Below, piece after piece: positions 17,878 through 25,621 of a stretch of 27,729 nt of DNA; within the stretch, counting starts at the first letter, position 1, and each line of letters opens with the position of its first letter. The notes under the pieces were generated by a model. The model made no database searches. It was not told the DNA's origin and saw nothing but the letters and a program-made list of their open reading frames with translations. This stretch comes from Acidobacteriota bacterium (GTDB taxonomy: Bacteria; Acidobacteriota; UBA890; WLXD01). The position numbers were made by a program, and so were the translations under genes. The stretch covers positions 1 through 27,729 of the forward strand of contig CBDBHB010000002.1 of NCBI GenBank assembly GCA_965205505.1. Direction: 5' to 3'.

Positions 17878-17972
17878 TGGTAGCGGCAGACTGAAAAGGG
17901 ACCCCGTGGCGGGTTGAAAAGGGACCCCCTGAGAAGCGCTGGACTGGGTCCCTTTTCAGTCTGCCGCTACCA
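17878..17972. mobile_element. 95-bp IS21-type miniature element (ends only)
   Basis: TG...CA ends, perfect 27-bp inverted repeat TGGTAGCGGCAGACTGAAAAGGGACCC, and a second tandem TGAAAAGGGACCCC box in the left end, as in IS21-family ends. Confidence 0.8.
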
Positions 17973-18194
17973 CTGTTGGAGGGCCACCGACCTGGTACCG
18001 GCGCACAGAGGTGTTCCGGATGGATGGGGCACTCCTGGCGGCGCTGGTACGCGCCCGCGCTGCCGGCGACACCGAAGCCCTGGAGGCGCTATGGGACGAC
18101 GCAGTGCCCTGGTCACCTGACGGGTGAAGGTACAGTCCGGGCATGCCCGTGAGGGTCGGCTCGCTGAGCCCCCAGAGGTCCAAAGGAGTCCGTT

Positions 18195-18297
18195 GTATTC
18201 CCCGAAATAATGGTGGAAATAGTACGGGAATGTTCGACTAGTTATTCATGTAACAACTTGTAGATAAACAGTTTATAAGAATGATTATGGCGGAGGG
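18195..18297. other. att-like junction of the integrated element
   Basis: AT-rich patch with ~12-bp periodic GAAATA/GAAATA/GAATGT (18204, 18216, 18228), ending in TGGCGGAGGG, which resembles the reverse complement of a tRNA(Ser)-type 3' end. It is fused directly to permease codons GIGAN. Confidence 0.5.
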
Positions 18298-20629
18298 CAT
18301 CGGCGCCAATAGCGCCATGTTCTCGGTGATCAACGCGGTGCTGTTACGCCCTTTGCCTTTCGCCGAACCCGACCGGCTGGTGATGATCTTCGAGACCAAC
18401 CCCGAGCGCGGCTGGACGCACGCCCAGGTGGCCGCGGCCAACTATCTGGACTGGCGCGAGCGCACTGCGAGGTTCAACGGTATCGCCGCCCACAACGATT
18501 GGCTGGTCGAAAGCACCCGCCTGCGCGACGGCGAGCCGACGGTGGTCAACCTCAACGAGGTTACCGGGAACTTCTTCGACGTGTTGGGTGCGGAGCTGAC
18601 TCTGGGTAGCGGCTTCGATGCCGGCGACGACTGGATGGGTGGTGAGCGCAGGATCGTGCTCAGTTATTCGTACTGGTCGGAGCGCTCGGGCTCGAACCCG
18701 GAAATCATTGGCAGCTCCGTGGTTCTGGACGACGAGCCATACATCGTGGTGGGTGTGGCGGCGGCGGAGTTCCGTTTTCCCTTCCCGAGGGTTGACGGGT
18801 GGACTCCCGTGGCTTGGGATCCGGACAACCTGACGGCGGTCTCTTTCCGGCGGGCGCACGGTATGTGGGCCGTCGGCCGCCTCGCCGATGGCGTGAGCGT
18901 CGAGGCTGCCGCATCCGAGCTCGGCGTCATTGCCGCTCAGCTGGCCGACGAGTACCCGGAAACGAACATCGCGATGGGCACCGGATTGGTGCCACTACAC
19001 GAGTGGGTCGTGGGCGACACGCGTACCCCGCTCACCATGCTGTTTCTCGCTGTGGGCCTCGTGCTGATCATCGCCTGCGCCAATGTCGCAAACATGCAAC
19101 TGGCGCGCGCCACGGATCGACGCGCGGAGATTGCGTTGCGCGCGGCACTGGGCGCCCAACGCATGCGGTTGGTGCGTCAGAGTCTCATCGAGAGCCTGGT
19201 ACTGTCCGCCGTAGGTGGGGTGGTGGGGCTGGCGCTGGCGGCGGCCGGAGTCCGGGTGCTGGTGAACCTGCTGCCGGCGGATTTCCCGCGCGCCGCCGAG
19301 GTGGGGCCGGACTGGCAGGTGCTGGCGTTCACGCTCGTGGCCGTCGTGGCTACCACCGGCCTGGTGTCGGGATTGGCGCCGTCGCTCAGCGCGGCACGCC
19401 ATGACCTGGGGTTCGAGCTCACCGGCTCCCGCGGCACGGTGGGCCGGCGCGGGGGCCGGGCAACGGCGTTGCTGGTCGCGGCCGAGGTAGCCCTGGTACT
19501 ACCCGTGGCGATCGGGGCTACGCTGATGATCCGCACGCTCGACGCGATCGGCCAGGTGGATCCCGGCTTCGATGCCGCCGACACCACGGTTGTGGGCATC
19601 TCGCTACCGCGCGCTCGCTACGGCGAGCCAACAGATCGCGCCGTGTTCTTCCAGACGCTGCTGAGCGATCTGCGCGACAAGCCCCGGATCGACGCCGTCG
19701 CGATGAGCACCCGGTTGCCGTTCGTGAACCAGCGCTGGAGCAGCAGCTTTCGCGCCGAAGGCTGGGCGCCCGACGAGTACGGCGTCGGAGTGCGCCACGA
19801 CGAGATCTCCCGAGATCTCTTCCGCACGATGGGTGTGGCGATCCTCGACGGCCGCGACTTCGAACGGGCCGAGCTCGACACCGAGCCGGTGGCCATCGTG
19901 AACAGGGCGCTGGCTGACACGTACTTCCCGGATCGCAGCCCCGTGGGCGAACGCCTGTGCTTCGATCGCGACGCCGAAGATTGTAGCTACTGGTACACAG
20001 TGGTCGGCGTCGTGGAGAACGTGCACCGTGCGAAGCTGACGGTGCAAGAAGAACCGAGCATTTACGGTTCCCTGATTCAGTGGGGCAGCTCGAACGCGTT
20101 CCTGCTGATGCGCAGTACCCTGCCGACGGCCGACGTCGTGGATGTGGTTGCCGCTTCGGTACGCGAGCTGGATGCCGCGCTGCCGTTTCACACCGTCACC
20201 ACGATGGAGGCGATCGTTCGCGACTCGCTCGGCCGTGAACGCCTGCTGCTGGGTCTGCTCGGCGCCTTCGCGTTGATCGCCGCCTTGCTGGCAGCCTTCG
20301 GCGTGTACAGTGTAGCCTCTTACTCGATGGCCAACCGAACACGGGAGATCGGCGTCCGAGTGTCACTCGGCGCCCGGCCACGCGACGTGATGCGCTCCGT
20401 GATCGGGCGCGGCATGCTGCCCGTTGCGCTCGGCCTGAGCTTCGGCACCGCGCTGGCACTCCGCGGCGCAGGGGCATTCTCCGGCTTTGTCTTCGGGGTG
20501 GGTGTGCGCGATCCGGTCAGCTATGCGGCAGTCGCACTCGGTCTCGGTGCGATTGCCATCGTCGCCTGCATCGTGCCAGGACGCAGGGCCCTGCGCGTCG
20601 ATCCGGTGGTCGCGCTACGGGCTGACTGA
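18281..20629 (+). pseudogene. Duplicated MacB/FtsX-type ABC permease (ADOP-like), lacking its N-terminus and most of the first TM helix
   Basis: GIGANSAMFSVINAVLLRPLPF, LVLIIACANVANM.LAR...EIALRAALGA, RTREIGVRVSLGA and PGRRALRVDPVVALRAD. The usual preceding ...LTLAL segment is replaced by element DNA. May still be translated from 18281 or 18287. Confidence 0.85.
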
Positions 20630-20700
20630 CGGGTCACCACTACCCGAGACTCGCTGGTGGCCGGATCGAGTGCCGGCGAGACCCATGGCGCAGCAGCGCC

Positions 20701-20967
20701 TCATTCCGAGCGCATCGCCACGATCGGCGCGACGCCCGCCGCCCGCCGCGCCGGCCAATAGCTCGCCGTCAGGGCGAGCACTCCCACAACGATGCCCGCG
20801 AGCGCGTAGGTGACTCCGTCGATGGGACTCACCCCATAGAGCAACGCCGCCATCAGGCGCGCCAGGCCGAGGGCACCGAGCAGGCCGATCATGACGCCAG
20901 CGCCTGCCAGTGGCAGTTCTGACTTCACCGACCAAATGGCCCGGCGCACCTGCACCGCCTTGCGCAT
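20701..20967 (-). pseudogene. C-terminal fragment of a second ADOP-like permease
   Basis: GVMIGLLGALGLARLMAALLYGVSPIDGVTY...ASYWPARRAAGVAPIVAMRSE. Confidence 0.8.
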
Positions 20968-21057
20968 CCTGAAGAGTCCGCAAGATTCACGGCCACGCGG
21001 TGGAGCCAGCCGCCCAAGTTTGCGTGCGTTGAGCTTCCCCGACGGCCCGCCGTCTAT

Positions 21058-21474
21058 ATGCCGCAGGCACAGATGGCAGCCGACTACATGACGGTGATGG
21101 TCGCCAGCGATCCCGGAGTCGATGTATTGCCGGCCATCCGCCGGGCCGTCGCCGAGCTCGATCCGAACCTACCGTTGATGTACATCCAGACCATGAGCGC
21201 AGCGCTCAGCGATGCCAATGGCCGAGCACTCTTCAACCTCCTGCTGCTGGTGGCGTTCGCCGGCCTGGCGATCGCGTTGGCCGCGGTCGGCCTCGCCGCC
21301 GCGCTCGCGTCGGCACAGATCATGTCGTCGCTCCTGTACGACGTCGCCCCACGCGATCCGATCGGCTTCATAGTTGTGCCAATCGTCGTCGTAGCGGTAG
21401 GAATGTTTGCGATGCTACTCCCGGCCCGACGGGCGATCCGCATCGCGCCAGCGAGTGCCCTGAAGGGCGGCTAG
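21058..21474 (+). pseudogene. C-terminal fragment of a third ADOP-like permease with an internal deletion
   Basis: AIRRAVAELDPNLP...FAGLAIALAAVGL joined directly to AAALASAQIMSSLLYDV...PARRAIRIAP. The YGV..RTREIGIRMALGA block is missing. Confidence 0.8.
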
Positions 21475-21749
21475 CAGGCCGTGGTGAAAGTGTGGTGGGT
21501 CTGGTTACGGCGAGTTGGGGCCAGATGCAAGGCGGTCTGACACAGGCGATGCCCTAGCCATCGTCCAGGAAGGCCAACGCCGCAAATGGCCCCAAATCGC
21601 CGTAACCCTTCGGGCGACAGGGGGTTGCGCGCGTATGCTGCGTCGTTCCTCGTCAACGATGGGGTATCCATCGCCTCCTCCTCTCTCCTTGCCTGCGCCT
21701 CGCAAGACCCTGTCGCCAGGCCCACCACACTTTCACCACGGCCTGCTAG
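21471..21749. repeat. 279-bp cruciform MITE-like element, copy B
   Basis: CTAG at both ends. 34-bp terminal inverted repeat with 1 mismatch. Two inverted internal units with AAGG...CGATG-loop-CATCG...(A/G)ACGC core and a central CCC-TTCG-GG linker. Confidence 0.88.
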
Positions 21750-21751
21750 TG

Positions 21752-22639
21752 TCAGACGCGCTTCAGCGACTGCTCGATCCGTTCTGCCGCCGCGATCAAC
21801 GACTGCGGCAAGTGCATGCCGGGAATCTCGGGTGCGTCGCGGCGCGTCAACACGGATCCACCGACAAATAGTTGCGACTGCAGTCGGCTGCCCACCAGCG
21901 CGCGCGCGCAACGGTTGAGAGTGCCGGGACTGGCGCGGCGCGTACCGATGATGCAGACGGCTTGCGGCTTCACCTGCATTGCCGCCTGAATGAGGTCGTG
22001 GCATGGAACGGAGCGGCCCAGGTACATGACTGGAAGATCAACGAGGCGCAACAGCAGCGCGAGCGACATGGCAGCGACGTCGTACTCCTCGTCTTCCACG
22101 CACGTCAGCATGACGACTGGACCCGCCTCCTCCGGTTGACCGAGCCTGACGAGCTCAGCGGCGATCTCCGAGCGAATCAACTCGTGCGTGAAGCGCACGT
22201 GCGCCAGCGTCGTTCGGGCCTCGCCCCAGTAACGCGTCAGGCGGCTCAGCGCCGGGAAGACCACCCGCTCCATGGTCGGCGCCCAGCCAGTGGAGAACAC
22301 CGAGTCGTGTACGATCCGCGCCACCCAGCCGCCATCGAGATCGAGCCCTTTTTGCACGAGCAGATCCACGAGCGGGTGGGCGCGCTTGGGGGTAACGGGC
22401 TCCGGAGCCTCCGCCCCCGACCCTTCCGTAAGAACGACTTCTGCGGCGTCGGAGGCGCGGACGCCGGAATTGATCAGCACCGACATGCGCCGGATGACCA
22501 TCAGGTCGTCGTCGTCGAACTGCCGCTGACCCTTCGCGGACCGCTCTGGGCGAGGGACCCCGTAGCGTCGTTCCCAGGTTCGAAGACGGCTCTCGTTGAC
22601 GCCGGTCGCCATCGCCGCGCCCTTGATCGAGTAGTTCAT
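21752..22639 (-). CDS. MerR-family regulator with a cobalamin-binding-like domain (CarH/CarA/LitR-like)
   Basis: YSIKGAAMATGVNESRLRTWERRYGVPRPERS..GQRQF (RxWERRY motif), four-helix cap, and Rossmann part VMLTC...VMYLGRSVP...FVGG. Confidence 0.85.
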   Translation of the reverse strand: MNYSIKGAAMATGVNESRLRTWERRYGVPRPERSAKGQRQFDDDDLMVIRRMSVLINSGVRASDAAEVVLTEGSGAEAPEPVTPKRAHPLVDLLVQKGLDLDGGWVARIVHDSVFSTGWAPTMERVVFPALSRLTRYWGEARTTLAHVRFTHELIRSEIAAELVRLGQPEEAGPVVMLTCVEDEEYDVAAMSLALLLRLVDLPVMYLGRSVPCHDLIQAAMQVKPQAVCIIGTRRASPGTLNRCARALVGSRLQSQLFVGGSVLTRRDAPEIPGMHLPQSLIAAAERIEQSLKRV

Positions 22640-22657
22640 CGCCCACTAGCGTAATTC

Positions 22658-22743
22658 TTGCGCAAAAATTGCGCAACGGGGGTTGTTTTCTTCTGCAGAT
22701 GCTTTGTATAACTAAGAAATCACATTTGTACAATCTTTGGAAA
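22658..22743. promoter_or_regulatory. Candidate CarH/CarA-type operator (11-bp periodic repeats) in a divergent promoter
   Basis: TGCGCA at 22659 and 22670. TGCAGA 22694, TGTATA 22705, TGTACA 22727 and TGGAAA 22738 share one 11-bp phase. AT-rich intergenic region. Confidence 0.6.
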
Positions 22744-22757
22744 AGTGAGCAAAACCG

Positions 22758-23111
22758 ATGTCTACGACCACAGCCGAGTTTCTCAAGGGCCAGAGTGGGG
22801 AAGAGTTTCGAGGTCGCGAGTCTGGGGAAATCGAGGAATACGATGTTGATTCCTGCCGGCAGCTGTACCTCTCGATGATCGAGCTGGCCGTGCACGACTA
22901 CCGATTCCTTCAACGCATGAGGGAACAAGCACAGACCTCGCGCTACGATCGCAAGAAGCTGCGCCAGATGACCGAGGATGGCGATCCAGGCGATTTCTTC
23001 GACAGCGGCTGGTTCGAGGAAGTCTGCGACTATGTCGGCGTGAAGCCGACGCTCATCCGCGAGCGCCTCGAGCAGGAGGACAGCGAGCTCGACATCGCCC
23101 AAGTCGCCTGA
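22758..23111 (+). CDS. Small acidic hypothetical protein divergent from the CarH-like regulator
   Basis: 117-aa ORF with host-like codon use, followed by a strong hairpin. Confidence 0.75.
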   Translation: MSTTTAEFLKGQSGEEFRGRESGEIEEYDVDSCRQLYLSMIELAVHDYRFLQRMREQAQTSRYDRKKLRQMTEDGDPGDFFDSGWFEEVCDYVGVKPTLIRERLEQEDSELDIAQVA

Positions 23112-23131
23112 CCGCGACCTGATCTCTCGAG

Positions 23132-23175
23132 ACAACGCCCCGGGACGCCTCAGCGTCCCGGGGCGTTGTTCGTTT
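23132..23175 (+). terminator. Intrinsic terminator
   Basis: 17-bp stem ACAACGCCCCGGGACGC / GCGTCCCGGGGCGTTGT, loop CTCA, T-rich tail. Confidence 0.8.
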
Positions 23176-23316
23176 GGAACCGTCTCTCCTGACAGCCACG
23201 AGGCTGGTTGGCGATTCGCCGTCCTCCAGCAAGCTCCGCCCGCCTTGGCGCGCGCCGAGCTCTTCGGATCGGTTGGGCCCATCTGGGCGGTTCAGCTTCA
23301 ATCCCGGTCGGCAACG

Positions 23317-23343
23317 TGAAACCAAACCGTGGCAGCCCCGTCA
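23317..23343 (+). promoter_or_regulatory. ECF sigma (SigW-like) promoter
   Basis: TGAAAC-N16-CGTCA about 90 bp upstream of the ATG at 23436. Confidence 0.6.
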
Positions 23344-23435
23344 TTAGGTGTACCTAGCAGACCCGGCGGTCGGTGCCCGCGTAAGCGCCGCAACAAGCGA
23401 CCATCGAGTTTCTATCAAGCCAAGAGGAGACGGTG

Positions 23436-23996
23436 ATGAACCGTAGATTGATCGCGCTGGCGGCCGCAGCCATAGTGCTGACCGGTTCAGCCGCAGTCGT
23501 ACAGGCCCAGGAGAGCTCCTGGATCCACATTCGCGTCGACGAGGCCGACGGCGCCAAGGTCAACGTCAACCTGCCGATGTCGCTAGTGGAGATAGCGATG
23601 GACGTCGCCCAGGATCATATCTTCGACGACGACCACGGCATCGATATCGGCCGCCATCACGACCTGGAGCTCGCCGACCTGCGGCGCATGTGGGAAGAGC
23701 TTCGCCTGGCTGGCGATGCCGAGTACGTCGCCGTGCACGATGACGATGAGCACGTCCGCATTTATCGCCAGGACGACACCGTCCACATCGAGGTCGACGA
23801 CGACGACGGCGACGAGAAAGTGCGCTTGCAGATACCGTTCTCGGTTGTCGACGTGCTGCTCCAGGGCGAGGGCGATGAGCTCAACCTGGCCGGTGCGCTG
23901 CGCGAAATGGCCAGCGCCAACGACGGCCAGATCCTCCAGGTGCAGGACGGCGACACCGACGTCAACATCTGGATCGACACGAACCCGCAGGGTTAG
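23436..23996 (+). CDS. Exported acidic hypothetical protein
   Basis: GAGGAG SD, signal peptide (...VVQA|QE), internally repeated beta-strand/'VNLP..LV' unit. Confidence 0.8.
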   Translation: MNRRLIALAAAAIVLTGSAAVVQAQESSWIHIRVDEADGAKVNVNLPMSLVEIAMDVAQDHIFDDDHGIDIGRHHDLELADLRRMWEELRLAGDAEYVAVHDDDEHVRIYRQDDTVHIEVDDDDGDEKVRLQIPFSVVDVLLQGEGDELNLAGALREMASANDGQILQVQDGDTDVNIWIDTNPQG

Positions 23997-23999
23997 ACA

Positions 24000-24521
24000 A
24001 TGCTCATCAAGCTTGCCGCCTTGACGATGTTGCCCATCCTGATGGTGGGTGGCATGGTGATGAACTCGTCGATCATGCTGGTCGACGTCGACGCCGACGA
24101 CATTCGGATCGTCGTACCGGTACCGCTGGCGCTGGTGCAGGTCGTGCTGGCGTTCGCGCCGGACGAGGTCAAGTACGTTCGCGTGCCCGAGATCGCCGAG
24201 TACCTGCCGTACTTCGATCGTATCGTCGAGGAGCTGCGAGCGGTGCCCGACGCGTTACTCGTAGAGGTGCAGGATCACGGTGATCACGTCAAGATCTTCA
24301 AGCGCGGCGACGTGCTGCGGGTCGAGGTCGACGAGCGCGGCGACGAGACGGTGCGGGTTTCCGTACCCCTTGCTGCGCTCGCCGCGATGGTTGACGCGTA
24401 CGACCCGGATACCCAGACGATTCGCACCAGCCGGCTGATAGGTGCCCTCAAAGCAGCGCCGAGCGGTGAGCTGGTGCACGTGATCGACGACGACGAGGAA
24501 GTCCGCATCCGCATGTGGTAG
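24000..24521 (+). CDS. Membrane-anchored hypothetical protein, paralogous in architecture to the upstream gene
   Basis: Starts 3 bp after the upstream stop. N-terminal hydrophobic helix. IVVPVPLALV / VRVSVPLAAL repeats and a C-terminal VRIRMW. Confidence 0.8.
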   Translation: MLIKLAALTMLPILMVGGMVMNSSIMLVDVDADDIRIVVPVPLALVQVVLAFAPDEVKYVRVPEIAEYLPYFDRIVEELRAVPDALLVEVQDHGDHVKIFKRGDVLRVEVDERGDETVRVSVPLAALAAMVDAYDPDTQTIRTSRLIGALKAAPSGELVHVIDDDEEVRIRMW

Positions 24522-24562
24522 CCAGCGGCTCGATCGTTCCGTTTCGGTCACTGAGCTTTGTC

Positions 24563-24598
24563 AGCGCCCCGGGATCCTCCCCGGGGCGCTCTTACTTT
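24563..24598 (+). terminator. Intrinsic terminator
   Basis: 11-bp stem AGCGCCCCGGG / CCCGGGGCGCT followed by CTTACTTT. Confidence 0.7.
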
Positions 24599-24676
24599 GC
24601 GGCAGACGTGCGAGAGTCGCGCCGACACCGGCGGGTGCGAATTGCACCCAGGCCCGCGGCGTGGCTACGATATCGC

Positions 24677-25615
24677 ATGCTGCTAGGTTCCAGATGCCGC
24701 AGGCCCGCTGTGATCGCCTGCGGCTCATTGTTGCTGGCTGGATGCGGGGCGGAGCCGACCGTCGAACTCACCAGGCTCTTCGAGCAGTCGGAGATCTTCG
24801 TCGAGACCGGGGCCATCGACGTCGGCGACCAGGCGGCGCGCCGCCATTTGACCGACGGCTGGTCACCTCGCGATGAGCGCTGGGCGCAGCGCGAGGACGA
24901 GACCTTCGTCTGGGCTCGCGGTACGCAGGCGTCGCTGCGTTTCTATCAGATCGAATCCCAATTACAGCGCGTCCGGTTCCGCGGCCGTCCCAACGCGCCG
25001 GATGGGAACCCGGTGGTATCGACGATCCACTTACGACTCAACGGCGTGACTTTGCCGACGCCGGTCGATGTGGTCGCCGGCTGGCAAGACTACATTGTGC
25101 CGCTGCCCTCGCGGTTTCTGCGCGTCGGTGTCAACCATCTGACCTTCGGCTTCGATCGTCCACCCGACGACGCCCCGTCGCGTGGCACATCGTTGCAGTT
25201 CGCCTTCGATCATGTGCGGTTCTTCGATGCCACCGTGACCGCGCTACCACGGCTGGAGCGACCGAACGGTGGGCACGGGCTGATCCTCCCGTACCTGTCG
25301 GGTGTCAACTTCGATCTCCACCTGATGCCGGGCGCGGTCGTGCGAATCCGCCAGATCCAAGCATACGGCCGCCCCTTGCCAGAGGAGGGAACGCTGCACA
25401 TCTATGTCGACGCCGCCGGTCGACGGGAACACAGCGTGGTGGAGGTGCCCACGAACGGCCTCGAGATCCCGATCCACATCGATGCACCGACGCGGGTGCG
25501 CCTGTCGATGATGTCGCTGCCACCGCCGTCGTTCTACGGCCTGCAAGGACACGCCGCCGAGCAAGACGTCGGGCTCTGGTTACACCAGCCGGTCGTCACC
25601 CGACCGGATGCCTAG
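24677..25615 (+). CDS. Hypothetical lipoprotein with beta-sandwich-like domains
   Basis: Lipobox LLLAGC after the ATG at 24677; LTDGWS..E...FVWA and LRVGVNHLTF motifs. The ORF-track start at 24515 runs through a terminator. Confidence 0.7.
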   Translation: MLLGSRCRRPAVIACGSLLLAGCGAEPTVELTRLFEQSEIFVETGAIDVGDQAARRHLTDGWSPRDERWAQREDETFVWARGTQASLRFYQIESQLQRVRFRGRPNAPDGNPVVSTIHLRLNGVTLPTPVDVVAGWQDYIVPLPSRFLRVGVNHLTFGFDRPPDDAPSRGTSLQFAFDHVRFFDATVTALPRLERPNGGHGLILPYLSGVNFDLHLMPGAVVRIRQIQAYGRPLPEEGTLHIYVDAAGRREHSVVEVPTNGLEIPIHIDAPTRVRLSMMSLPPPSFYGLQGHAAEQDVGLWLHQPVVTRPDA

Positions 25616-25621
25616 CAGCCG

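Larger units (their letters stand above)
13540..18297 (-). mobile_element. Decayed phage-satellite / integrative element (AlpA-like HTH + primase cassette), integrase absent
   Basis: Co-oriented hypothetical, HTH, small ORF and Toprim-DUF3987 primase. Lower GC3 than flanking genes. AT-rich att-like right junction. Both boundaries are approximate. Confidence 0.7.

Noticed and set aside
18288-18297. tRNA gene
   Set aside because: Only ~10 nt resemble a tRNA 3' end. There is no T-arm or cloverleaf.
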